Notes under the pieces: model-generated | Database searches by the model: none | The model's input: only the letters and a program-made list of their open reading frames with translations | What the model was told of the DNA's origin: nothing | Position numbers and translations under genes: made by a program | Part shown: one piece after another, positions 28,291-41,952 of the stretch | Layout of the letters: every line of letters begins with the position of its first letter | How positions within the stretch are numbered: the first letter of the stretch is position 1 | Source of the DNA: Octopus sinensis | Taxonomy: Eukaryota | Direction: 5' to 3' | Length of the DNA: 64,000 bases | Assembly (NCBI RefSeq): GCF_006345805.1 | Contig: NC_043009.1 | Span: forward strand, 31,310,001 to 31,374,000

Positions 28291-28587
28291 ATGAAATTAG
28301 CCTGTATCTATTTTCTCCTATAAATAACATCAAACTTGCCAACGGTAAAAATGACTTTGGCAATCCATTATACATGCATTATTTGTTAGCTTGAGGATTT
28401 TTACAAGACATTCTGCATATTCATACATTTCTTTCAAAGCCTAAATACTACATATGCACTTATATGTGGTGCTGTATTTATCGATGGAGTTATTCATATA
28501 CAGCAATATCATGAATTATAAATATGAATATTAATTTCATGGCTCTCATTATGCATACATGTTCATTCAAATGTAAAACGAGCGCTG

Positions 28588-28634
<47 letters not shown>

Positions 28635-28699
28635 ATGTATATTTATATACATATACCATACATAGATATATAACATATATAGATATGAATACATGTATG

Positions 28700-28741
<42 letters not shown>

Positions 28742-28963
28742 TATATATTATATATCTATACATATATTATATATTTATCATATATATATATATAGATATA
28801 TATATAATATATATATATATATATCTATATATAAATATATAATATATATAAATATATAATATATATATATATATATTACATATATATATACTAGACATAT
28901 ATATACATATATATATATACATATATATATACATATATACATATATATGTATATATGTATATA

Positions 28964-29003
<40 letters not shown>

Positions 29004-29202
29004 TATATACACATGCATATACATATACATATACATTCACACACATACACACACATAGCAAACTCACATATACAAATATCAATGTAGGAATACATAATAT
29101 TATATATAGACAGATGCACATACACACATGCATGTGCACTCATACTTCCATACACAGAAACACATACATACACACATACAGCTTTCGACCCTTAGTTTGT
29201 AG

Positions 29203-29344
29203 CTGCACTCCTTCATCAATGCAGTGTGCTGTGTCCATGGCAATAGACAGCCATTTCAAGTTGTTTCAAATATTTTACCAAAAATGAACAGTAGCAACAG
29301 TTGTGCAAGTTCAACCCTGAAACATGCCAGGATCCCATTCGAGG
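29203..29344 (+). CDS. Weak candidate exon (LHSFINAVCCVHGNRQPFQVVSNILPKMNSSNSCASSTLKHARIPFE)
   Basis: Acceptor ttagtttgtag| and donor GAGG|gtgggt; 47 open codons; higher GC than the flanks. Confidence 0.15.
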
Positions 29345-29535
29345 GTGGGTGCCATATACTCTCAGTTGAGGAATTAGGATGAACTGTAGTCTGATGGGAT
29401 ATAAACCAGCAGACTGAGACAAACTTCATCTTTTATTCAACATTTAACCATTTTGGCATTTTTGCAGTCATTGCTCTCCCTCCCTCCCTAATCCCTCTTA
29501 CTCTCTCTCTCTCTTTGTCTCTCTCTCTCTCTCTT

Positions 29536-29570
<35 letters not shown>

Positions 29571-29791
29571 TTCTCCTTGATCATCTGAAAGAATTTTTTC
29601 ATCTTAGGTTGGTATCTGTCTCTCTACAATCTGTGTATAAGACATACAATAGAGAAAATCCTTCTGCCTTCATTCAAGACACTTTCTCTTTTAAAAACCA
29701 CAGCAGAAAACTCCCTTGTGTGCACCCTCAAGTGTGATTAGGAAGCAGGACTTTCTCTTTAGTGTTGGAGTCACAAGAAATTTTATATATA

Positions 29792-30197
29792 TACTCTTTA
29801 CTCTTTTATTTGTTTCAGTCATTTGGAACACCATGCTAGAACACTGCCTTTAATCGAGCAAATCGACCCGGGACTTATTCTTTGTAAGCCCAGTACTTAT
29901 TCTATCAGTCTCTTTTGCTGAACCGCTAAGTTACGGGTATGTAAACACACCAACATCGGTTGTCAAGCAATGCTAGGGGGACAAACACAGACACACAAAC
30001 ATACACACACACATATATATATATACATATATACGACAGGCTTCTTTCAGTTTCCGTCTACCAAATCCATTCACAAGGCCTTGGTCATCCCGAGGCTATA
30101 GTAGAAGACACTTGCCCAAGATGCCATGCAGTGGGACTGAATCCGGAACCATGTGGTTGGTAAGCTAGCTACTTACCACACAGCCGCTCCTGCACCT
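29792..30197 (-). mobile_element. tRNA-derived SINE (family A), full length
   Basis: Reverse complement of the 8317 and 14355 copies, head ...accacacagccgctcctgcacc. Confidence 0.92.
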
Positions 30198-31260
30198 ATA
30201 TACATATATATATATATATATGATGATGATGATGATGATATATATATATATATATATATATAACTTGTCTCCATTTTTTTTTACCCAATAGGAATTATCG
30301 TGAATGAGTAATGATTTCCTTGTGTTCATAATTACATTGGTATCACTATTTATTATAGTGACATATGTCTCACTAAATTTAAGTGCCTTATACTTATGCA
30401 TGCAGAAGCACACACATATTTACTTATACATACAATCTATAACAGATACATATACCAAATTCAATCCTAAGTCATTGGTATGTCCTTGGTTTTTGTAGAA
30501 GACACTTGCCCAAGATGCTGATTGCACCTGAAATTAACTGATTGCAAACCACGTATTTTAAACACACTTGTGACTTCACCTGTTGTAAAATTTCAACAAA
30601 ACAAAAATTCTATTAAGTGCATATTAAATCCATGTGTCGTCTATGTCTCTCTGATTTTATCTTTAACAACTCTTTGAATTTGTTAAGATTACATCTTGAA
30701 GGAGATTATTGTGAACATAATTCTTTAGGGTGCCATACAAGCACTAACTCTTTTTTTTTATGTATTAGAAAGTAACACAAACTATTTGTGCGTTTGCAGT
30801 GATAATTAACCTGATCTTAATTTTTTAATGAGTTCACCATTGCCATAGAGAGTGTTGTTGATTCTTGCAATGCCTTCATTTTAGTTTCTACGAACAAAAA
30901 GATTAGTCCTATCGCTTTAACATATTAAAATTCTTTCATTGATTTTTCCAGACCCTGTAGATCTTGTTTAAGATTCTTGTTAAGTACATTTCAGTCGTTG
31001 TATTTATATATATTTGTTTATTGGTTTCACACTTGAATACGTTAGCAGTTTGTTCTCAAATTTTATTACACTTTTTATCACTAAGCATCTCCAGAGACTA
31101 AAGAGTTCAACCTTCATTCCGTTTCGGTGTATTTTCCTTTTAGGTGAAAGACTGCACCGAGATTTACGAATGTACTCATTTGATCTGTAATCTAAAGTTT
31201 ACTTTCAGTTGTTAAGAAACTTGTCTTACGTACCTTATATAAAAAATTTGAATACATATC

Positions 31261-31329
<69 letters not shown>

Positions 31330-31338
31330 AATTACATA

Positions 31339-31372
<34 letters not shown>

Positions 31373-31705
31373 ATATATATATATATATATTTGTATATAT
31401 GTATATATATATATATATATATACGTGTGTGAGTCGTCTAAGAGACCATAGTCAGGGAAAAGGAAGCACTCGTATATCTGTCAGTAGAGTGGGTATCTTA
31501 TTCAAAATGTATATTAATGTTGTTTCTTTTAATATTTCCCTTGATATAGATGGGTAGAAGTCAAGTATATCAAATTGGTTAAAACTAGCTCTGCCCCTAC
31601 TGCTATTGGCCTTAAACCATGTAATGACTTCGTTGGTGTTGCGACATAGGGTAAGGTCAGAGGCGTTTCTAATGCTGTTACTGATACATTTCAGATAATA
31701 TTATA

Positions 31706-31744
<39 letters not shown>

Positions 31745-32364
31745 TATATATATGAATATATATTAGAAGAAATGAGGTACTCAGAAAATCAGATGGTTTA
31801 TATTTACAGATATTTATTTGTATATTACATTTTTTATACATCATATAACTTAGATCATGTATTAGCGCTTTCTCCCATTCTAGTGGGGTTTTCAAATCAA
31901 AGTAAGTTTGATATATATATATACACATGTATTTATATACATGCTTATACACACACACACATACACACACACACACATGCATGTATATTAGATTAAATAC
32001 ACAAGTGAAAGAACTAAATATTTTCATGCTGTTACGATATTTGAACAGGCATATTTATAAACTACACCATGCATGTTAAAGCAATCTTTCTGTAACTGTG
32101 TCCATGCTGGGACAACCACCTTGAAGTCGAATGAATCAAGATTTTTTTATCTTAGTCAATCTATTTTGCCAACCACCACCCCCTCACACACACATACTTT
32201 ATGCTGCTCATATTCAAAACATCCAAAGAAATTTTAACCAGCTTGTAGAGATGAGAGTTAGTGACAGGAAAAGCATCCATCTCTAAGAAATTTGCCTCAT
32301 CAAATATTGCTTGTGTGTGTGTGAGTGTGAAAGCACACAGCCTAGTTAGGTATGTTGTACTCAT

Positions 32365-32620
32365 AACTGTGAAATCGTAACTTCAATTCCAAGACTGGCT
32401 GTGCATTGTAATCTTGAGCAAATCTCTTCATTTCACATTGCTCCAGTTCACTCAGGTGTAAATGTGTCACTCCTTGTGACAAAATAGCATTCTGATCAGG
32501 GGAATGCTAGCCAGCTCACATAGCCAGTGTGCTAGCAGTATTTGGAAGCTAAAACAATGCAAAGTGCATTGTGACTAGTGATAGGTAACAACATTCGATA
32601 GTCTGGTCAATCACATGATA
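32365..32620 (+). mobile_element. SINE family D
   Basis: tcttgagcaaatctcttcatttcacattgctccagttcactcag core; tail aacaatgcaaagtgcattgtgac. Confidence 0.7.
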
Positions 32621-32644
32621 TATATATATATATATATAACATAG

Positions 32645-34395
32645 ATAACTTAGATTCGTTTCGGCCATTATCGGCCCAGGCCATGACTAAGTCAATAGTA
32701 CCAACTGGAAAACTCTTTTAGTTAATTATTTTGGGACAACAAGGAGCACTCAAGCAGAGAATTGTTGTTGGTTGAGACATAGCCAGGTGTAGGTGGTTTA
32801 TCCGGTATTTCTTGGAGGAATTTGTCCAGGTATCATTTAGAGAGTTGTAGGGTCTTCTACTTTAATTTCTTTTGGGATAACATTGAATAGTGCAGGACCA
32901 TTTGTAGAGAAGAAATTGTGTTGCAATGTTCTTATGTGATGTGATCTCAACCTTTATAGGGGACGCATTGCACGAGAGCCTAGTCCTGGGTGAATTGTAA
33001 ACATAATACTGATATCATTTGGATAATATTGGTGGTATATTTTCCATATGGTGCAAATAATGTATTGCTCATGGCGGTGTTGCAGAGAATAGGGCTGTTT
33101 AAATCAAGCCCCAAAATCAAGTCCCATTATACCATTTATTTATTCTTTTTTGTGACTAATCTTTGTGGTGCTTCGATCCTCATTATGTTTTGTTTTTTGT
33201 AGGGAGACCACAATGAGCGGCAGTATTTGAGGTGGGGCCAAGTCATCATCATCATTGTTCGACCGTGGTCGAGACAATGGAATTTACTATGTTACGCCAG
33301 ACTTCACGAGACGAGAAGGATGATGGTTTCATGATCCCTAGATTGAAAAGTTCTGAGGGTCCATGAGCATATTCTGTGGGCAACATTGACTTTTTTGTTG
33401 ACGTGCACACTCCAACTAAGGTTGCTATTGACAGTTACACCTAATTCTCTGATATTATCTGATGGTTCAAGTAGGTCTCCCGATGGTAGTGTATATGGTT
33501 GTTTGAGTGTGCCCTGTCTTCCAAAGTGGATGAGATCAAAGTTTTCTTTGTTCAACTGCATATTGGGTTACTGCACATAGGTCCAATTGAAGCATTGTTC
33601 GATCATATTCTCTCTTAATGACTTTCTGAAGCTTAGAGTCATCTGCAAATATTTCTATGTTCAATGGTATCTGCAATGTCATTGATATAGACAATAAAAA
33701 GAAGTGGCCCCAGCACAGTACCCTGCGGGACTCCACTGATGACTTTTGCTGGTCTTGAGTTGGATACCATCAACCACAACATTCTGCGTCCTCTTTGTTA
33801 GGAAATACCCAATCCATTGAAGTAGCTTTCCACCGACTCCAGCATTGGATAGTTTCTTTAACTGTATATTGTGGTCGACTCTATCAAAGGACTTGCTGAA
33901 ACCAAGGTATATGACATCCGTGTTGGAGCCCTCACTTAGTGTATTTAAGATGTCATCAAAGTGGTGGAAGCTGTATTAGACAGTCCCTCCTACCACAAAA
34001 GCCATGCTGGTTGCAATTTAGGAGATGATTTTGTTCTAGGAAGGCTGTTATTCTTGATCTCAACACTCTCTCAAATACTTTTATGATATGTGAGGTGAAT
34101 GAGATTGGACAGTAATTTACAGGAAGTGATTTATTCCCCTATTTAAAGATAGGAACGACTGACTGGGAGAGAAGGTTTTAAGGGATGAAACTGGCATCTA
34201 GTGATTTCCTCTAGAGACTTGCAAGAGGTGCTGCAAGTTGCTTCTGCATTCCTTCAGCACTCTAGCATGGAACCTGTCCAGACCCACTGCTGAATCAGGT
34301 TTGATTTCTTTTATTGCTACTAGGATATCAGTGGCATCGAAGGCTATGTTGAGAAGGACATGTTGAGGATTCACAGAAGTAAAGCTGCTTGAGTC
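32645..34395 (-). mobile_element. CR1-like LINE, 5'-truncated, with RT remnant and 3'UTR
   Basis: Motifs [64 protein letters not shown]; many stops and frameshifts; 3' end adjoins (TA)n; second 3' end at 51000-51225. Confidence 0.93.
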
Positions 34396-34646
34396 AACTG
34401 CTTTGGTAGGATTTTTATAGCTGGATGCTCTTCCTAACACCAACTGCTCGGCAGATATATGTATGTGTTATTTGGGTGTGTGTGTATACAGAGAGAGAGA
34501 GAGAGAGAGAGAGACAGAAAGATATATTGATAGATAGGTAAGTAGGTAGACAGGCAGGCACAGAGAGAGAGAGAGACATACAGATGGATAGACCATTTTA
34601 AAATATAAATGTAAAATAGATAAAAATAATAAAGATGATGATGATA

Positions 34647-34679
<33 letters not shown>

Positions 34680-35269
34680 CAAATGACAATGGTAATGATG
34701 ATGGTAATGATGATGGTAATGATGACAAAGCCAAAGACGGTGATGACAGTATCTTTGTTGAAAGAAAATGAAAATTTCACTGAAAATCATGACATACTTA
34801 AGTCTCCATTACATGCAATTGTCTCTTATGTCTTATCTATTGTTCTAATGACTGTATCAACCCAACAAACCAGTGTCCTTTTGCCTTTCTTTTTAGCTCT
34901 CCCTCTCTTCCTCTCTTTTTGTCCCCGTTTGCCACAACATTACTCTCCCATTCATACTTTTACAAAGCTATCATTCGCTGTTTAAAGCTTCAATGTTTAA
35001 ATATTAATGATCGGAAATTCCTTTATGGAGTGTTTGAAAGGATATGAATATGTTTGGTAAAAATCATTGGAAGACATCTATTATCACTGACATAGTTTGA
35101 ATTAAAGAACTCCCTTCATCATTTGTATCCTAATGTTCTAAGTACTGTTCTCTGTTTCTACAGAATAATAGATGGCTTCTGTTTTCTTTGATGAACAATT
35201 AGGAATAAAAGTAGTAGTATGTTTAGGTACAAAGTGAGATGTATTGAATTAAACTTCATTCTGTATCCT

Positions 35270-35301
<32 letters not shown>

Positions 35302-35429
35302 ACATCCCTAAATATGTATATGTTATGTATGTATTCATTTATGGATATGTTTTTTGTATTTTCATATATGTATTTATCTATACATATATATCCATATCTA
35401 TACATTTATATATTCTATATATATATATT

Positions 35430-35499
<70 letters not shown>

Positions 35500-35508
35500 A
35501 ATATACAT

Positions 35509-35556
<48 letters not shown>

Positions 35557-35669
35557 ACATGCACTTATACGTCTATTTCATATTTATGTATGTATGTATG
35601 TATGTATATATATGTGTGTATGTGTGTGTATACACACACACACATCAACAGCAATGTCAAAATCAAATC

Positions 35670-35944
35670 AAATGGAAATTGTAGTTGTGAGCCCTGTGCT
35701 GGTAGCACATAAAAAGCGCCATCTGATTGTGACCAATGCCAACTCCTCTGGCCCCTGTGCCGGTAGCACGTAAAAAAGCACCCACTACACTCTTGGAGTG
35801 GTTGGTGTTAGGAAGAGCATCCAGGTGTATAAACACTGTCAGATCAGATTGGGGCCTGGTGCAGCCTCCTGGCTTCCCAGACCCCAGTTAAACCGTCCAA
35901 CCCATGCCAGCATGGAAAACAGATGTTAAACGATGATGATGAGA
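35670..35944 (+). mobile_element. RTE-type 3' tail element ending in (GAT)n
   Basis: Collinear with 14076-14320. Confidence 0.85.
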
Positions 35945-35950
35945 TATGTA

Positions 35951-36002
<52 letters not shown>

Positions 36003-36012
36003 CATACATACA

Positions 36013-36044
<32 letters not shown>

Positions 36045-36916
36045 GTTATGTTTGACAAAAAATATCTTCATTAACTAAGTTTTAACACTATCTCCTTCGA
36101 AATACTCACCTTGTACCGCAAACAAGCATTCCTGTCACTTTTGGAATCTGGCCTGAAAATCATTTTCTGTGAGTCAAAGACCTCTTCTGATTTGCTCTGG
36201 ATCTCTACAACAGTGTTAAAGCAGCAACCTTTGAGCTGCATTTTCATCTTGGGGAAGAGATGGAATACTTCAGGTACTAAATCTGGTGAATAGAGTGCAT
36301 GCAGAAGTGATACCATGTTGGTTTTGGTGGAAAACCCATGAGTGGGTAGAGCTCAGTGTCAGGGTGCATTGTCATCACGAAAAATCCGATTCTTCATGTT
36401 CTATAGATCCAGTTGTTTTCACTGAATGTCCTTCCTCAAATGCCTCAAATCATCATTGATTGTCCTCTGATGATTCTCAGGCTCAAACTGATAAATTTTC
36501 TCCACGTTTCCAGGGGTGACACTCCTGGCAGGTTATCCACAATATTCATCATCTTTCATGGACGTTTTTCCTACTTTTGAAGAATTCATGCCACTCAAAA
36601 CATTGTGTATAACCCTCTGGTTTTAAGCTTGCTGAAGTATTCTCAATGTCTCTGTAGAAGACTTACCAAGTTTAACGCAAAACTTCATGTTGGCTCTTTG
36701 TTCCATGACCCTGTCCATGACAAAAATCACAGACAACAGCATACACACATAATTACAAAAACAACAAACTTCACAACTTGCAAAGTAAAAACAGTGATGT
36801 CACTCAGGACACTGCCTCAGGAAGGCCACTGCTAGCTCTCACTGCATACATAACAATGTGCTGCCATCTGTTGGTGTGCTACAGAACTAGTCCAGGAACT
36901 TTTTGACACCACCTCA
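36045..36916 (-). mobile_element. Mariner (YSPDL-type) transposon remnant
   Basis: Minus ORF HALYSPDLVPEVFHLFPKMKMQLKG matches mariner HPPYSPDLAP.DFHLF; TIR ccaggaactttttgacaccacctc at ~36892-36916. Confidence 0.88.
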
Positions 36917-36919
36917 AAC

Positions 36920-36992
<73 letters not shown>

Positions 36993-36995
36993 ATG

Positions 36996-37261
36996 GGTAA
37001 AAGAGCTCCTTTGGTCAGGAATGATCATGGGGTTGTATCTAGAAAGTTCCCCTCCAAGGCACAAGTCCAGGCAAAGTTTTTTATGGAAGACCAGCAGTCG
37101 CCCATGCATCCCAGCCTCTGCTCTCCATGCCATTAATGTTATCCATGGGAAAGGCAAAGGCTAATACAGCTTGGCACCAGTGATGTTGCAACTCATTTTT
37201 TCAGCTGAGTGAACCAGAGCAACGCGAAATAAAGTGTCTTGCTCAAGAACACAACACACAG
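36996..37261 (-). mobile_element. 5'-truncated SINE flanked by long direct repeats
   Basis: CORE-like gcaacgcgaaataaagtgtcttgctcaagaacacaac; flanks 36815-36995 and 37262-37388 are direct repeats. Confidence 0.7.
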
Positions 37262-37439
37262 CTTCATGAAAGTCACTGCTAGCTCTCACTGCATACACAA
37301 CAATGTGCTGCCATCTGTTGGTGTGCTACATAACTAGTTCAGGAACTTTTTCACACCACCTCATACATATGTGTGTGTGTGTATAATGTATAATTCCAGT
37401 CACAACCTCATGACTGCCAGACTGATGACTTCTTTAGTT

Positions 37440-38030
37440 ATTAGTATTACTAGTTATGATATACAGCTGGATGATCTTTCTTAATGCCAACCACTTCACA
37501 CCATGGATTAGGTGGTGTATTTTGTTTTGTGCCACCTGCTCTATGGAGGGCATCATGCAGTTTGTAAGGGTACAGACCCAGCAGGAGGTGGTGGGTGTAC
37601 TTAGCTTCCCGCCAGGGGACAAAGAGATTCCTATGAGAAGTGGGTGGCAGAGCAGGTTCTTGCTGAAGGATCTGCATGACTACTCATGGTCAGTAAGGTA
37701 ATGGGGGACAGTAAGAGAAAATGGTCTGTAGGAGCTGTAAGAGATTGATGATAACAATGAGGTGCATGGGTGACCCCTGCAGAGTACAAGATCAGTAAAA
37801 GAGGATGGTATGCAAGGTTATATGGGAAGGCATCCTGCCATAATAGGTGGGGTTGAAAGGTGAGAGGGAGACAGAAGAGAGGGTAGGGTGAGGGCAAGTG
37901 GCAGGGCTAATAAGGATGAGAGGTGACATTGTTAGGGAGTTTGTAGGAGCTGGTGGAGGGGGAGTCAAGCATAATGAATGAAACTGGGGGTGGGTGAGGG
38001 ATGTTACAGTAACATGGGTGGAGAGCATGA
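37440..38030 (-). mobile_element. Decayed RTE-type LINE 3' region
   Basis: Minus strand gtggttggcattaagaaagatcatccagctgta tail motif plus a GC-rich upstream segment resembling 42300-42580. Confidence 0.55.
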
Positions 38031-38270
38031 ATTATAGCACTTCCAGAACTCACCTTCTTTGTGGAGGGAATCATTTTAAGTGCCTTATATCACCAGACAC
38101 CCTAGTCCTTTGTCATCTCTATCATATATCCTATATATATATATATATATATATATAGGTATGTATGTATATATGTGTGTGTGTGTGTAAATATATATTT
38201 ATATAGGTGTATGTATGTATGTATGTATGTATGTATGTATATATATATAGGTGTGTCTGTATGTATATAT

Positions 38271-38374
<104 letters not shown>

Positions 38375-38382
38375 TATATGTA

Positions 38383-39276
38383 TTTCATTTGAAATTGCCA
38401 AGTAAGATATACTGACTGCCAGTGTTAAAAATCTTGTGAAATTCTTATCCTAAAATCTTTAAAATCAAATCACAATAGTTGTTGCTTTATTCTTTCCTTC
38501 TTCAGGTTGGTTTGTCAATTCTTCATTTTGATTTTGTTCAATTTTGTTTTTATTTGCTTTCAGACGAGACAAAATATATGTCACACAGATTAATTATTAG
38601 ACAGGAAAAAACACCAACATAAACCAAGGCAAAACTTTATTTCATTACTTTCTCGTAATTTCCAAAAGAAATCAAATTAATTTTGGCCTTGTTTTATGCC
38701 TTTGTGGATTTAAAAAATTTTCTTTTTATTATTTTTAGCTTTAATTTTCCATCCAATTATTGCACTATGGCATATATTTTTTTGTCTGGTCTGAAAAAAA
38801 TATATTTCTTTGTTTGTAATTTACAAAATTGTGCCAGGCTAGACATTAAATTGTCTGCGTTTTTAAGGCAGCAGCTCAGTTCAAGACTTGTGGAGGATAT
38901 GAAGTTACTCCTTAGTCACCACTACTTGTGGTCAGCTCTGTTCCAAGGTGATTATACTTGATAAGGGCTCCAGTTATGTGTCAAAGAGCTGAAGATGGTC
39001 CTTTGGCTTAGAAGTAGGCTGCCACCTGAACATGTGTCACACAAGGCCATCAGTGTGTGTGTGGACATTTCAGTTCTACAACCAGAAAGGTCAATACTGC
39101 AAAGTGTAGAAAAGAAATAAAGATAAAATTAGACAAAAACAAAAAGAACCAACCTGAAGAAGGAAAGAATAAAGCAAAGACATTCTTATCTGATTTTAAA
39201 GATTTTAGGATAAAGAATTTCACAAAATTTTTATTATTGGCAGTCAGTATATCTTACTTGACAATTTCAAGTTAAA
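38383..39276. repeat. Inverted-repeat cassette (arms ~38383-38563 and ~39097-39276), possible TA-flanked foldback element
   Basis: Arms about 85% identical by eye, with perfect blocks including 31 bp ttgctttattctttccttcttcaggttggtt (38482-38512 / 39147-39177); TA on both outer sides. Confidence 0.85.
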
Positions 39277-40250
39277 TATAAAGTGACAGATCTCTCCTAC
39301 CCCATTGCATCATTATTTAGGATATGGCTGTGATGCACCAGCAGTAGCCTTTTTTATGTGGCACTGACACCAGCAGGGTCACCAAGTAATTCGCGAGACA
39401 AAGTCTTCTCAGCTGAGAGAGGGAGTGGAAGCGAAAGAGGTGCTTGTGTGCCTGGCGAGAAGTTAGAATATAACAAAAGAATAGAGATAGGTGTCTTGCT
39501 AGAAAAAAGATACCTTGCTACCAAACAAGCTTCCACACAGTTTCTATCTTCCATATTTTCACACAACACTTTAGTCAGCATGAAGCTAGAGTAAAAGACA
39601 CTTGTCAAGGGTACTGTACAGCGGGACTGAACCCAAACAATGTTTTTGCAAAGCCAACACTTTAACCACACAGCCCTGTCTGCACCTAAGTAAAACTGAC
39701 TTTGATGGGATTTGAACTTGTTAGAAGTAGGCACAAATACTGCAAGATATTTTGTCCAGTGTTCTAATGACTCTGCCAATTCAGCTTTATATTCATTAAA
39801 AATCACCATCATCATCATCATTTAACGTCCATTGTTCATGTTGACATGGGTTGGCTGGTTTGACTAAAAGTGGTAATCTGGAGAGATGCACCAGGTTCCA
39901 ATCTGATTTGCCATAGTTTCTATGGCTGGATGCCTTTCCTAATGCCAGCTACTCCAAGAGTGTAAGGGGGTGCATTTTATGTGCCACATCAAATGTATTT
40001 TTTTTATAAATGGTGGCCAGTTGCACTTCATAAAGATGATAAGGTGCTGTACTTTATACATATGGTAGAGTACTGTACTTGACACAAAAAGCTACATAAT
40101 TGATGTGTTTTTTTTTCCATGCCTATAAGCATGCATGTATTCACATGTGTATTCATGTACATGTATGTATTTATGCACGCATTACATGTAAGTGTATCAG
40201 TGCATGTAAAGTGTGTGCAACTATGCCATGGACGTTCGTGTGTGTATATA

Positions 40251-40286
<36 letters not shown>

Positions 40287-40780
40287 AAGTGAACTTCTGC
40301 TTGCCTGTGCAGTGTTCATGTGTATGCATATATATACACATATATGTTTGCACAAATGTATTAGTGAGTGACTGTTATGTGTATGCCCATGTATATATGT
40401 GCATGTGTGCTTGCTTGGTGTATATTTCAGCATTTGTACATTTTTCTCTGACATTGTGCAAGTGCCTGTGGTATGTGTGTGAGGTTGGGTGTATGCAGCA
40501 TACACACATTCTATATTCTTTTTGTGCCTCATGAAAATATACAAACAAGATCATTAAATTTTGCTTAAGACTATAAATGTATTTTACTGTATCTTTCATC
40601 ATGTGTAATCTTATATATATATATTATATTATATATATATAATATATATATATATATAACTGTATATATATATGTGTGTGTGTGTGTATATTATGTGCAC
40701 ATATATATATATATAATATATATATATATATACACACACATACATACATATATATATATATATATACATACAGAAATACC

Positions 40781-40812
<32 letters not shown>

Positions 40813-41129
40813 CATACATACATATATATATTGATACATATGCACACATATATGTTTATGTGTATCTGTATATATGTTTATATATATATTTATGCATGCA
40901 CACACACACATACACATATGTATACATGTGTATAGATGTGTGTTTTTTTATTTGTTATCAGTGGTTATATGATTGTCTTTTTTTTGTTGTTGTTGTTTGA
41001 TTATTTGTTATGAAGGGTATATGTAGATTTATTTTCATGTTCCATGGGTTGTCTTTGCCAAGTATCTGCTATTTTATGCATTTAATAGTCATCAATAGAT
41101 GTGGGAAACAAAAGATAAAATAAAAAACT

Positions 41130-41130
41130 A

Positions 41131-41165
<35 letters not shown>

Positions 41166-41229
41166 AATAATAATAATAATAACAACAACAATAATAATAA
41201 TAATAACAATAATAATAATAATAATAATA

Positions 41230-41278
<49 letters not shown>

Positions 41279-41580
41279 TAAATATAAAATAAAAAATTAC
41301 AAAAGAGAAAGAAACTGATAAAGCTTTTACATGGAAATAATTCACCAATCTTTAGAAAAGGTCATACTGAAAGAAAAGAAATTTCTAGAGGTTTGCTGTT
41401 ATTGCAAAGAAGACAATAAATAATACCATGACCAGCAGCAATAACAACATCAACAACAACAACAACAGTAATTGCAACTGTAGCAGCAACAACAACAGCA
41501 ACTACGCCAATAACTGTAATTGTATCAATGTAAGCAAACACAACAACAACAACAACAACAACAGCAACAACAGCAGCCAT
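41130..41580. repeat. (AAT)n and (AAC/AGC)n microsatellites
   Basis: Direct inspection. Confidence 0.93.
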
Positions 41581-41952
41581 TGCAAAATATATTGTTTTGA
41601 TGCAAGGTTTCAAAATTGTTTGAAGATAGAAATCCTGTGTAGAATCACACCATAATTTGGTGATCTTCGCTGAAATATTTCTACAGACTAAAGTGAAAAT
41701 GCTGAGTTTGGTCTGAATTCTACTTAGGATTTACACATATTTCCAAACGTACAATATGTTGGCAAGCGTGAGAGATCTGTGGTTCTCAGAAATCATTTAC
41801 ACTAATTTTATTCATATGTTTTATGTCTGTTTTTTTAACATAGTAGCATAGGTTAGATGGATATATCCTTGAAGCATTGTTTTATTACAGCTGGATACCC
41901 TCCCTGTCACTAACCTTTATCTCTTATTCAACTTGGGGATCTCAGATGTATT

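Noticed and set aside
39358-39594. 78-aa ORF MALTPAGSPSN...
   Set aside because: Its 3' half is antisense SINE sequence and the rest looks like repeat-derived sequence.
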